The notes below the pieces were generated by a model. The model ran no database searches and was not told the origin of the DNA. It worked only from the letters and a program-made list of their open reading frames with translations. Positions 50,590-62,926 of a stretch of 64,000 nt of DNA are shown here, piece after piece; positions within the stretch are counted from its first letter, which is position 1; each line of letters opens with the position of its first letter. The translations under genes were made by a program, and so were the position numbers. Origin of the DNA: Octopus sinensis (Eukaryota); NCBI RefSeq assembly GCF_006345805.1, contig NC_043020.1:22878001-22942000 (forward strand), read 5' to 3'.

Positions 50590-50847
50590 AAAGATTGTTT
50601 GCCAACATAACATGGCAGTCCTGGTTTAGGACGAATGTTGCTGTAATTTAGCCCCAGGAGACATCTGGCTATACGACACAATCTGTGTCCTTATATTTTT
50701 GAACAAGGGAATCTAGCACCCACACTCAAAAATATAAGAACACAGATCGTGTTGTATAGCCAGCTGGAGACGATGTCTCCTGGGGTTAGATTACAGCAAC
50801 ATTCGTCCTAAACCAGTACTGCCATGTTACGTTGGCAAACAATCTTT
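50590..50847. mobile_element. Fold-back/MITE palindrome
   Basis: Arms 50590-50702 and 50726-50847 (AAAGATTGTTTGCCAAC.../...GTTGGCAAACAATCTTT). Confidence 0.75.
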
Positions 50848-50977
50848 ACTACAAAGTACTTTTGCTGAATATCTCACGTTAGTAGATATAAAAATAGTAA
50901 TTTTCTAGAGTATTGTAGTTTGCTTGAAGCATTGTGTAAAATATAACATGTCTTGAATGGCACAGCTATGCAGACTA

Positions 50978-51324
50978 GGATTTTTTCGGTTTGAACGGCA
51001 GTTTTTTCTAGTGGTGTCATATGAAATTGTTACCCATAATTTTTTTCTTCACAAATGTAAATAAACCCAATCTGTTTCTTAAACGAGGGACATATTCATA
51101 CGGCACAGAATGATTTTTACCTCAATGGACGTCATTAATTGGTTGAAATTGCAGAAATTGAAGAAAAAAAAAACCAACAAATATCTTACAAACTATAGAA
51201 TTTTCTCAATAAAGCCAACAGAAAAAAATGTTTTCTAAACACATTCTACCAGTATACGAAGTTAAAAATTTTTTTAGTTACCTAGAAATTATGTTAAAAA
51301 CTGCCGGTCAAACCGAAAAGATCT
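50978..51324. mobile_element. MITE with ~28-bp TIRs and perfect 8-bp TSD (Merlin-like ends)
   Basis: GCAGACTA|GGATTTTTTCGGTTTGAACGGCAG...CTGCCGGTCAAACCGAAAAGATCT|GCAGACTA. Confidence 0.75.
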
Positions 51325-51429
51325 GCAGACTATAAAAACTATAGTAACTTACGACACAATCTGTTTTGTAAATTATAACAGTGTTCTAAACTTCCCCGCT
51401 TATCTGCCTCTGATATTTCTGTTTTTCAG

Positions 51430-51512
51430 CCAATATGAGTCACCATGAAGCTGTTGAGAGATTCAACTGTAACACATCCTACAGTGGTCTGATGCATGCC
51501 GTCACCCAAGAT
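51430..51512 (+). CDS. DNAJC13: DNAJC13 exon 12 (P-NMSHHEAVERFNCNTSYSGLMHAVTQD)
   Basis: tttcAG / GTCAGT; 83 nt, phase 1 to 0; matches RFNANISYSGVLHAVTQD. Confidence 0.95.
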
Positions 51513-51794
51513 GTCAGTAACCACTGCACTTTTTTTTGCTATTATCTTTTCTTCATTATTTAGCCCTTTTAATACCAAACCCTCTGAGATTGTGTTGGCA
51601 TATGAGACACACTATTTTAAAGTGATATGAATCAAAACCTTCCATCAATATTTCATGTTGATGTATGTTCCAAAAACCAATTTAATAATGACATGGTTTT
51701 ATTGTGTCTGGGGAGGGTCATTCTCTTTTAGTGCCTTATTAATTTAACACACACACCAGTCTAATTTCCACTCATTTTCTTTTTTTTTTTTGTT

Positions 51795-52175
51795 TATCTG
51801 TTTCAGTCAATTGACTGTGGCTATGCTGGAGCACCGCCTTTAGTCAAACAAATCGACCTCAGAACTTATTCTTTGTAAGCTTAGTACTTATTCTATCGGT
51901 CTCTTTTGCCGAACTGCTAAGTTACGGGAACGTAAACACACCAGCATCGGTTGTCAAGTGATGCTGGGGGGACAACCACAGACACACATATATATATATA
52001 CATATATGTATATGACAGGCTTCTTCCAGTTTCCATCTACCAAATCCACTCACAAGGCTTTGGTCGGCCCGAGGCTACAGTAGAAGACACTTGCCCAAGG
52101 TGCCATGCAGTGGGACTGAATCTGGAACCATGTGGTTGGTAAGCAAGCTACTTACCACACAGCCACGCCTTTGCC
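51795..52175 (-). mobile_element. SINE family 1 (intron 12)
   Basis: Near full-length copy. Confidence 0.85.
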
Positions 52176-52977
52176 TACTTATTATTTTTTTACTAAAAGT
52201 TTCGTTGCGACTTAACGAACTTTACAAAAATGAAAGAATGTTATTTTACTAAATTATTTATTTTCAAAATTAATTGAGCGAAAGGCAATGCATTTCAACA
52301 GATCATCATCATCATCATCATCATCGTTTAACGTCCGCTTTCCATGCTAGCATGGGTTGGATGGTTTGACTGAGGACTGGTGAGCCAGCCAGATGGCTGC
52401 ACCAGGCTCCAGTCTTAATCTGGCAGTGTTTCTACAGCTGGATGCCCTTCCTAACGCCAACCACTCTGAGGTGTAGTGGGGGCTTTTTATGTGCCACCGG
52501 CATGGGGGCCAGTTAGGCGGTACTGGCAATGACCTCGCTTGAATCTTTTTACACGTGTCACCGGCACAGGTGCCAGTGAAGCAACGTTGGTAATGGTCAC
52601 GTTCAAATGGTGTCCTTTACATGCCACAGGTACGGAAGCCAGTTGGCTGCTATGGCAACGATCATGCTTGGATGGTGCTCTTGGCACCCTACTAGCACAG
52701 GCATAAGTGCCTTCCTCATTTTTTTCTTTCCCTCTCACTTTCCACTCCCATCAATGACTACATTATCCAATGCTTTTATTTTTAAAGACAATAGATTGTT
52801 GATTGATCAAAGTTTGGCTGTTATTTCCAGTAGGTCAAACAACCTCATAACTGTTCCCCATTGGTTTGTTATTGAATGTAAAGTTATTACGCAACCCCCA
52901 TATCCCTTTAAAAAGAAATAATAAAATTCATAACTTGATCCTTTTTTTTTTTCTTGTTCCCTAATTTCTTCCTCCAG

Positions 52978-53150
52978 GGCCTATTTGCTGAGAACAAAGA
53001 GAAATTGATAAATGCTGCACTATCAGGTCTACTTGAACGCGAGGGTGACCAAGATAACATCACCTCCGAAGCTTTAGAAGCACAGTTCCAGGCCTTACGT
53101 CGACTGGTCGCTTCCAAAGCAGGATTTCAAGCCTTCACTAGTCTGACCAA
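52978..53150 (+). CDS. DNAJC13: DNAJC13 exon 13 ([12 protein letters not shown]...[17 protein letters not shown] + AA)
   Basis: ctccAG / GTAAGA; 173 nt. Confidence 0.98.
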
Positions 53151-53576
53151 GTAAGATCACAATTGCCCTTATTTATTATTTTGCACCTATGTTAGGAATA
53201 ACAATAATTATTATTATTATTGTTAGGGTGCATGGCTCAGTGGTTAGGGTATTACAGTCATGTGTGGTTTCAGTTCCTAGATCGGGCGGTGTGTTGTGTT
53301 ATTGAGTTAAACACGTCATCTCGCGTCGCTCCGAGGTCACTTTGACACCTGACGTGTGGTACACCATGCACCAGTCCAGGTAATGTTGATTTGATGGAGA
53401 GAGTGAGCTAATGTATGGCACATTCATTTGATCACAAAAAGCAAATCCTTTCTGCAGGGTCCACGGCAAAAGCTAAATGAACACTCGTGTTATTTTTGAT
53501 GGGAGAGTCCATCACACTTATGAATAGTCACATTTTGCTAGTTAAACACATGTACCATATATTTGGTTCTCACTTC

Positions 53577-53630
<54 letters not shown>

Positions 53631-54603
53631 GCATTTGCACAGCTTCTAACGCTGGAGATGTACTATGGTGTCAGCTGTTCACTACCAGTGAACTAAGGTA
53701 ACACCACTTATTTTTCGAGCACCTTCCTGAGTATTCAGGTGGTTCCAAGCAGTGCTGTTTTCTGCAAGTGCTTATTGCAGCCCCTATTTATTCCATGTAC
53801 TTCTCAAGATTTTTACTCACTATTCCCAGGGCTCCGACAATTATTATTATTATTATTATTGAGTGAGAAAGCAGTGTATGCCATCAAAGTGACACTGGGG
53901 TAAAATATACGAAGCCCAGTATACCCATCATGACTACCCGTCTGACAAGGGTACACTAGGCACATGCATCTCAACCATATGTGCACAACATGCTGATCTC
54001 ATATCAAGATAAACAGCACATGACCTTGCAGGTGGGGCCTGGTTAGAATTTTCTTCTGGTCGAGTAACCCATTCCGCTCAAAAGGTCCCTGTGGTGGGGT
54101 CACTGGCAACGGGTAGTGTCAGAGCTCTGCCGTTGGGAACTTCGGTTCCTGGTAGGACCACCCAAGGCGGATTGGTCTGACACCGAGTGGTATTAGGGCC
54201 ACAACCCTGCAGACGGGGTTCTGGTGAAAATCCTCGGAGTGTCTGTTTCGGCAACCGGCGGCTCCTTGGTCGTTCTGTCCCTGCGTCTGCGGACAATCTG
54301 TGGCAAACAGGATGTCTCTACATGTGGGATTGTTGGGGACCGCTTGTCAAATCCACATATTCCCACGAAACTTCTTCCATGAATTCTCAATGGCGAATGC
54401 AATGCCTCGAGGGTGGTGGTGGAAGAAACCGACTCAACCCACCCAGGATGAATGTCAACACAAGTGCAAATAAGTACATATGCATGAACATGCACCCACA
54501 CACCCAACACATGCAGTCGTTGACATGCACTCTTACAATCCAACTCATGTTTTATGAATTATCAATTGATGGAAATTTCTGTTTTTTCTTTTTTTTCTTC
54601 CAG

Positions 54604-54703
54604 AATGCGAGAGAGAGTTGGTATTAAGGTTGTGAAAGCACTGAAGCGTAACGATAATGCGGTTACCCATGCAGCTGTTGACATGCTGTGTGCATTGATG
54701 CAG
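54604..54703 (+). CDS. DNAJC13: DNAJC13 exon 14 ([34 protein letters not shown])
   Basis: ttccAG / GTAAAC; 100 nt. Confidence 0.98.
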
Positions 54704-55271
54704 GTAAACAACACCTACTCACCACCAGCACACTTTAAACACAACATCTTGTCATCAATTAACTAGTGACATTGTAAATATCTTAGGCGGCAAGCTGGCA
54801 GAAACGTTAGCACGCCAGGCAAAATGCTTATCGGTATTTCGTCTGCTGTTACGTTATGAGTTCAAATTCTGCCAAGGTCGACTTTGCCTTTCATCCTTTT
54901 GGGGTCGATAAATTAAGTACCAGTTACGCATTGGGGTCGATGTAATCAACTTGATCCATTTGTCTGTCCTTGTTTGTCCCCTCTGTGTTTAGCCCCTTGT
55001 GGGTAGTAAAGAAATAGGTATTTCGTCTGCTGTTACGTTATGAGTTCAAATTCTGCCGAGGTTGACTTGGCTTTTCATCCTTTCGGGGTCGATAAATTAA
55101 GTACCAGTTACGCACTGGAGTTGATGTAATCGACTTAATCCGTTTGTCTGTCCTTATTTGTCCCCTCTGTGTTTAGCCCGAGTTTCGGATGCCGAGGTGG
55201 AAATCCACGTGGCCATCTCTTCAGTTATCCGGCCATCGGAAAAATCTTTTTTCGGATTTTTCCGATGGCCG

Positions 55272-55332
55272 GATAACGGAAGAGATAGTGGCATGGATTG
55301 CCACCTCGGCATCCGAAACTCGGAGTTTTATC
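55272..55332 (+). ncRNA. Hammerhead-like motif (family C) in the right arm of a fold-back
   Basis: GATAA-CGGAAGA-GAT...CATC-C-GAAA-CTC(g)GAG-TT-TTATC; the left arm on the minus strand has intact CTGAAGA (55218-55224). Confidence 0.65.
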
Positions 55333-55440
55333 AAGGCTACCGAATAATTGTCACATATTACATTTACAGATAAATTCTTCTACTTACATGATATCGAGGT
55401 CTCTTTCTTGCTTTTGTTGGCTTAACATTTTTATCAATAA

Positions 55441-55471
<31 letters not shown>

Positions 55472-55781
55472 AACACACATTTATTTCAAATTATATCTTT
55501 GGCAAGTTAACTTGGGATTCCTTAACGACAGTGTTACATTTATATAATTAGGGTATCTTCAGCCTGATTTGTAGCCAGCTGAGTACCTCTTATTGCGTAA
55601 TTATTACATCAGAGTATCTGCTAGCTAGGAAACATATTTAGCCTGGAGTTTACCTGCTCCATTCCCTCAATTTGGGTTTTTATTTGCATTTATAGCAACC
55701 CTAGTCACTAACGTGGACTATATAAAAAAATGTTTTCATCTTAGCAAACTTCGATATATAGAAAAAAAAACCTACAAGCTT

Positions 55782-56125
55782 CATCATCATCATCATCGTT
55801 TAACGTCCGTTTTCCATGCTAGCATGGGTTGGACGGTTCAACTGGGGTCTGGGAAGCCAGAAGGCTGCATCAGGCCCAGTCTGATCTGGCAGAGTTTCTA
55901 CAGCTGGATGCCCTTCCTAATGCCAACCACTCCGTGAGTGTAGTGGGTGCTTTTTACGCGTCACCGGCACAGGTGCCAGGCGAGGCTGGCAACGGCCACG
56001 ATCGGATGATGCTTTTTATGTGCCACTGGCACGGAGGCCAGTCGGGGTGGCGCTGGCAATGGCCACGTTCGGATGGTTGTCTTATGTGCCACCGGCACTG
56101 GTATCGCAACTACGATTTCCATTGA
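55782..56125 (-). mobile_element. Same RTE-related 3'-end family, reverse orientation
   Basis: (CAT)n-CGTTTAACGTCC...GGATGCCCTTCCTAATGCCAACC. Other - copies at ~14176-14560, 39890-40295, 52305-52700, 57645-57860, 58476-58730 and 59775-60160. Confidence 0.7.
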
Positions 56126-56330
56126 TGTTGATTGATTTCAATGCCAATAAATTATCATTGTTCCTAAACCTTGGTTTTTTTCATGCATAACACAGGCTGC
56201 TCAAAGTTTACAAACTTCCTACACATACATCTTCAGATCTTATAATTATGTGCACACACACACACACACACACACACACTTACATACATATATGGCAAAA
56301 TTCATCTCTATCTTTTTCTGCCAATTCCAG

Positions 56331-56438
56331 CCAATGCATGATGACTACGACATCCGACAAGAACAGATGAATAAATACTCTCTAATGTCTTCGAGAAAAT
56401 TCCTTGAAAGTCTTCTTGAGATGTTCAACTATCATGTG
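56331..56438 (+). CDS. DNAJC13: DNAJC13 exon 15 ([36 protein letters not shown])
   Basis: ttccAG / GTAAGT; 108 nt, phase 0/0; matches PMHDDYDLRQEQLNK. Confidence 0.98.
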
Positions 56439-58180
56439 GTAAGTTAGCTATGAACCATTATCACTTTCTCTTCCTCTTGTTGTTTGTCTTGACCCCTTTA
56501 TATCCGTTTGACTTCCTGTCTCTCTACCTTTCTTCTTCCTCCCCCTCCCTTGCTTGCTCTGTTTTTCTTCGTCTCCGTTTTTGTCTCTTCCTCTCTCACT
56601 ATCTTACCACCAACCTTCCATGTCTCTCCCTCCCTCTCTCTACATACACACTAACATATAGAGCATCTGTCTGGCTTCAGTGCTGGTGGCGCATAAGAAG
56701 CATCATTTGAGCGTGATCATTATCAGCGTCGCCTTACTGGCACTTGTGCCAGTGCCCCGCAAGATGCACTTGTATCTGTGTCGCATTCAATGCACTGGTG
56801 CTGGTACCATGTTGGATGCACTTGTCTTGGTGTCATGTAAAATGTATGCAGGATGGCACCATGTAAATACACCCATGCCAGTGGCACGTAAAATGCATCC
56901 ATTCGAGCGAGGTCGTTGCCAGTGCCGCTGGACTGGTTCCTGTGCTGGTAACACATAAGAAGTACCATTTGAGCGTAATCATTACCAGCATCGCCTTACT
57001 GGCACTTGTGCCAGTGGCACATGAACAAAACATTTGAGTGAGGTCATTGCCAGTGCCGCTGGACTGACTCCTGTGCAGGTGGCACGTAAAAAACACCTTT
57101 TGAGTGTGGCCGTTGCCAGTACCACCAGACTGGCCCTCATGCCGGTGGCACGTAAAAGCACCCACTATACTCTTGGAGTGGTTGGCATTAGGAAGGGTAT
57201 CCAGCTGTAGAAACTCTGCCAGATCAGATTAGAGCCTGGTGCAGCCATCTGGTTGACCAGTCCTCAGTCAAATCATCCAACCCATGCTAGCATGGAAAGC
57301 GGATGTTAAATGATGATGATGATGATGACAGACACTCCCGTCAAAGACAATGTATGAGTAAGTGTTCAGCTTTTGCTGAATGACTGCACAAATTGATTTG
57401 TTTATAATGACCAAATGCGTGTCCCGTACATTTGCTCACTCCCTCTGTCAAATCGATGTTACCTGGACAGGTGCACACTGTACCACACATCAGGTGTCGA
57501 AGTGACTGCAAAACAACGTGAGAGGAATTGTTTTGCTCAAGAACACAACGCAAAGCCTAGACCACGAATTGAAATCATGACCTTGCAATTATGACTGCAA
57601 CATCCTAACCACCTAACCACTAGGCCATGTGTCCTTGTGTGTGCTTCATCATCATCATACGTCCTCTTTCCATGCTGGCATGGGTTGGACGGTTTGACCG
57701 AGGACTGGTGAGCTGGGAGGCCGCACCAGGCTCAATCTGATCTGGCAAAGTTTCTACTGCTGGATACCCTTCCTAACGCCAACCACTCTGAGAGTGTAGT
57801 AGGTGCTTGTATGTGCCACCGGCATGATGGCCAGTCAGGCTGCACTGGCAACAACCACGCTCAAATGTTGTTTTCCGCTTGACACACATGCACACACACG
57901 AGCTCGAATCCTGGACTGGGCTGCGTGTTGTTTCCGTGAGCAAGACACTTTATTTCACGTTGCTCCAGTTCACTCAGCTGTAGAAATGAGTTGCAACTTC
58001 ACAGGTGCCAAGCTGTATCGGCCCCTTTGCCTTTCCCTTGGATAACATTGATGGCGTGGAGAGGGGAGGCTGGTATGCATGGGTGACTGCTGGTCCTTTA
58101 TAAACAACCTTGCCCAGACTTGTGCCTGAGAGGGTAACTTTCTAGGTGCAATCCATGGTCAGTGTCATGACTGAAGGGGG

Positions 58181-58214
<34 letters not shown>

Positions 58215-58730
58215 CTTCTTGTCGCTGACACCACCATAGGGGAGCAATATTATTGTTAAGGGTACCAAATTCTTGCAGTCCTTTGGACAATAACTGAGGA
58301 GGATTTGGCAACATTTTCTCTGTGTGTTTGCACTTTGTTCTCTTTGTGTGTCCTTATATATATTATGTGTGTCTTTTGAACATATTATTTAATACAATTC
58401 CATGTACTGCCTTATTTTGTTACCATGCCATGAATTTGTCCTCATAAATATATATATACACATATACAAATATATATCATCATCATCATCGTTGTTAAAC
58501 GTCCGCTTTCCATGCGTTGGCCGGTTTGACTGAGAGCTGGCAAGCCGGGAAGCTGCACTAGCCTCCAGTCTGATTTGGCAAGGTTTCTACAGCTGGATGC
58601 CCTTCCTAATGCCAACCACTCAGAGAGTGTAATGGGTGCTTTTACCTACCACCAGCACAGGAGCCAGTCAGGCAGCACTGGAATTGTCTATGCTTGAATG
58701 GTGCTTTTTATGTGCCAGTCAGGTGGAACT

Positions 58731-58767
<37 letters not shown>

Positions 58768-59447
58768 TTTATTTAAAGCAGCAGAAAGTTCAACAAAACC
58801 TGTTACTCTGAGTTTCCCGTTGCCGTTCATCGGACAGTTTTTGCTAGAATATATATATATATATATATATACATACATACACACACACACACACATCTCA
58901 TGATTGATCAGACTATCAAATATTATTCTACATAACTGGTCACAGTGCACTTTGCATTATTTTAGCTTTTGAATGATGCCATCCTGCTAGCTAGACATGC
59001 AGATCAACATTCCCCCTGATCAGGTTAGTTTGATGCAGGGTGTACCCATTTACGGCTGAGTGGACTGGAGCAACATGAAATAAAGTGCTTTTGATCAGGA
59101 ACACAACACGCCAGCCAGTCTGGGAATTGAATCCTCAATCTGGCAATCATAAGTGCAACACCCTAATTATTAGGGCACGCACCTTCACACACACACACAC
59201 ACACACACTCTCTCTCTCTCTCTCTTTCACACACACACACTCACGCGCTTAGTGAATTGAAAAGTCACTTTACTCAACCATGATTATCCAAGCACTTAGT
59301 AAACGAAAACTCCCTATCAAAATATCCCCGTTCTTGTCCCTGCTTCCAGAAAACCCTGACAATCCCCTGACCACCACTACCACTCCTACTGCCCCTTCGT
59401 CCAAATTCTTATTGTACCTGTCTATGATTGGTCCCTGTCTTCTCCAG

Positions 59448-59603
59448 GTACATGCCACAGGTGCTTTGGTGATTTCATCCATGTTGGATTTTTTAACATT
59501 TGCTCTGTGTGCTCCCTATAGTGAAACAACAGAAGGGGCCCACTTTGACACCATGCTGGAGATGGTTGCTGCAAATGGTAGAATTGTCTTCAAATTATTT
59601 CAG
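59448..59603 (+). CDS. DNAJC13: DNAJC13 exon 16 ([30 protein letters not shown]...IVFKLFQ)
   Basis: ctccAG / GTTCGT; 156 nt, phase 0/0. Confidence 0.98.
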
Positions 59604-60440
59604 GTTCGTACTCTTAGCTTTGTTTTTTTTTGCTGGTTATTTTTCATATTTTTCATTTTTTTTTAACCCCCTTTTTTTTTGTTAAAGAAACAGGGTGTTC
59701 CCTATTTTGGTTAAACTTTATACATGTTCATAGCTAGATGAAGACTTAGGTCTAAAACTGGAAGTCTTTGGCTATCATCATCATCGTTTAACGTCCGCTT
59801 TCCATGCTAGCATGGGTTGGACGGTTCAACTGGGGTCTGGGAAGCCCGAAGGCTGCACCAGGCCCAGTCAGGTCTGGCGGTGTTTCTACAGCTGGATGCC
59901 CTTCCTAATGCCAACCACTCCGTGAGTGTAGTTGGTGCTTTTTATGTTCCACCGACACAGGTGCCACACGAGGCTGGCGAACGGCCATGCTCGGATGGTG
60001 TTTTTTACGTGCCACCAGCACGGAGACCAGGCGAAGCTGGCACATCCACAATCGGATGGTGTTTGTTATGTGCCACCGGCACGGAGGCTAGTCGATGGGG
60101 TGCTGGCTACGGCCACATTCAGATGGTTCTCTTATGTGCCACCGGCACTGGTACCACAAACTAGCATTTAAACTGACCATATCTGACCCAAATATTCTAC
60201 CTGATTTTTGTTCAAACTGACCAGATCCAACCTCTCACACCTATCCTACAATGTCATTCTAAAAATAAACAATCGCATTATCAAAGTTTAGAAGCTACAA
60301 GATAATGCATTATTAATTCAAAACAACCATCATTGTCATTTAATGTCTGCTTTCCATGCTGGCATGGGTTAGACAGTTTCATTGAAAATGGTAGGCCGAA
60401 GATTTGCACCAAGTTTCAGTCTGAGATAAGCATTAAATTC

Positions 60441-60856
60441 GGATCTTTTCGGTTTGAACGGCAGTTTTTTTCTAGCGGTGTCATATGAAATTGTCACCCA
60501 TAATTATGACCTTAGTATCGATCTATTGCATTTCAATGTATTTTAGAGTTAAGGTTAGGGAGAAGGGTATCTTTTTTTCTTCACAAATGTAAATAAACCC
60601 AATCTGTTTTTTAAACGAGGGACATATTCATACAGCACAGAATGTTTTTTTTACCTCAATAGGCGTCATTGACTGGTTGAAATTGCAGAAATTGAAGAAA
60701 AAAAAACAACAAATATCTTACAAACTATAGAATTTTCTCAATAAAGCCAAGAGAAAAAGATGTTTTATAAACACATTCTACCAGTATACGAAATTTAAAA
60801 TTTTTTTAGTTACCTAGAAATTATGTTAAAATCTGCCGTTCAAACTGAAAAGATCC
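60441..60856. mobile_element. Same MITE family, full-length copy
   Basis: TTAAATTC|GGATCTTTTCGGTTTGAACGGCAG...CTGCCGTTCAAACTGAAAAGATCC|TTAAATTT. Confidence 0.75.
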
Positions 60857-61124
60857 TTAAATTTTACGGAGTAGTCTGATTGCTAAAGGGTCAGGTCTGT
60901 AGTTGAGCAAGGACATAGGGAAGTCTATTTGCTATTTGAGGACTTAGCTAGGTGTATAGCTTGATGAAGCCTTAGGTAGATCTGTAGCGAGAAGAAGCTG
61001 TATGTAGGAAGATCTCCTTAGGCATAGAGGTTTCTTCATTTACTTGATATTCAACTCTTTTCTATTGGTGATGTGGAAACAACATTTTTTATTCAGCTTT
61101 GTCTTTTATTAATCTCTTTTACAG

Positions 61125-61181
61125 CATCCCTCTATGGCCATTGTGAAAGGTGCTGGTCTGGTGATGAAAGCCATTATTGAG
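61125..61181 (+). CDS. DNAJC13: DNAJC13 exon 17 (HPSMAIVKGAGLVMKAIIE)
   Basis: ttacAG / GTCAGT; 57 nt, phase 0/0. Confidence 0.97.
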
Positions 61182-61629
61182 GTCAGTACATACATTCTGA
61201 TGGATTTTTTTTCTATTTACAATTCAAAATACATCACTCATCACTCTCTCTCTCTCTCTCTCTATAAAACCCTCCTGGTTAATTCTCCCCTCCCAGCTCA
61301 AGGGGTTTTTCTTTTGCAAGTTAACTTGGTGACCCTGTTTGTGCGGGTGCCATGTAAAAAGTACTGGTAATGGTTCCACATAGGGAGGACTGGCGATGGT
61401 GCTATTTAGAACGCATTGGTGATGGTGCCATGTAGAAAGCACCCAGTGCCCCTTGTAATGTGGTTAGTGTTAGGAAGGGCATCCAGCCATAGAAGCCATG
61501 CCAAAACAGACAATTGGAGCCTGGTGCAGCTCTCCAGCCATGCCAGTTCCCATCAAACTGAAACTGTCCAACCCATGCCAAGCATCGGTAAATGGCTGTT
61601 AATTGATGATGATTATATATATATATATA

Positions 61630-62020
61630 CTCTTTTTACTCTTTTACTTGTTTCAGTCATTTGACTGCGGCCATGCTGGAACACCGCCTTTAATTGAGCA
61701 ACTCGACCCCAGGACTTATTCTTTGTAAGCCCAGTACTTATTCTATCGGTCTCTTTTGCCGAATCGCTAAGTGACGGGGACGTAAACACACCAGCATCGG
61801 TTGTCAAGCAATGCTAGGGGACAAACACAGACACACAAACACACACATATATATATACATATATACGATGGGCTTCTTTCAGTTTCCGTCTACCAAATCC
61901 ACTCACAAGGCTTTGGTCGACCCGAGGCTATAGTAGAAGACACTTGCCCAAGGTGACACGCAGTGGGACTGAACCCGGAACCATGTGGTTGGTAAACAAG
62001 CTACTTACCTCACAGCCACT
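61630..62020 (-). mobile_element. SINE family 1 (intron 17)
   Basis: Near full-length copy. Confidence 0.85.
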
Positions 62021-62804
62021 ATATATATATATATATATGTATTATATAAAATCTCTTCTTTCTGTCTGTGAGTGTGTCTTCTAGGATCTCGGGAATCCTC
62101 GTTCCGAACACCAACCACCTTACAGTGTGGACCGGGTACTTTTAACTGGCACCTGCACTGACAGGGTCACCAAGTACTTGCAATACAGGAAAAAAGTGTG
62201 AATATACGCATGTCTGTTTGGGTATATATGCATGTGTGTGTACAAATATATGCATGGTTGTGTGAATATATGTGTGCTTGTATGTATATTTGTGTGTGTG
62301 AACGTTTGCTTGTTTGTGTGAATATATGCATGTCTGCTTGGGTATATATATATATGCGTGTATGAATGTATGCATGCTTGCGTGTATATGTATTTGCGTG
62401 TGTGTGTATGTGGGAATATGTGTGTTTGGATGTATGTGTATTTGTGTATTTGTGTGTGTGTATGTGTGAATACATGTTTGCTTGTGTGTGAATATATGCA
62501 TGCCTGCTTGGGTATATATGCGTGTGTGTGTATATTTATTTGCATGTGTGTGTGTGAATACATATGTTTGGATGTATGTGTCTGTGTGTTAGTGTGTGTG
62601 TGAATACATATGTTTGGATGTATGTGTCTGTGTGTTAGTGTGTGTGTGTGTGAATATCATCATCATTTAACGTCCGCTTTCATGCTAGCATGGGTTGGAT
62701 GGATATGTGTTTGCTTGTGTGTATGTATATTTGTGTGTGAGGATGTGTGTGTGAATATGTGTTTATAACATAGTCATCTAATATGTCTGTTGTGCATGTT
62801 TCAG

Positions 62805-62926
62805 GAAGGTGATGCTGAAATTGCTGCCAAAATGCAAGACTTGGCTCTTGGAGAAGGTGCTTTACCCAAACATCTCCACACAGCCATGTTCACACAAAGT
62901 GCCGATAGTCGCATGCTGACTAACAG
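62805..62926 (+). CDS. DNAJC13: DNAJC13 exon 18 ([40 protein letters not shown] + AG); gene continues past the window
   Basis: tttcAG / GTGAGT; 122 nt. The next expected exon (RQLSRHLV-like) is not seen before 64000. Confidence 0.97.

Noticed and set aside
54400-54450. HDV-like ribozyme fit in the RTE-5'UTR-like element
   Set aside because: P3/L3 could be drawn in only one copy; P1.1 and the catalytic J4/2 were missing.
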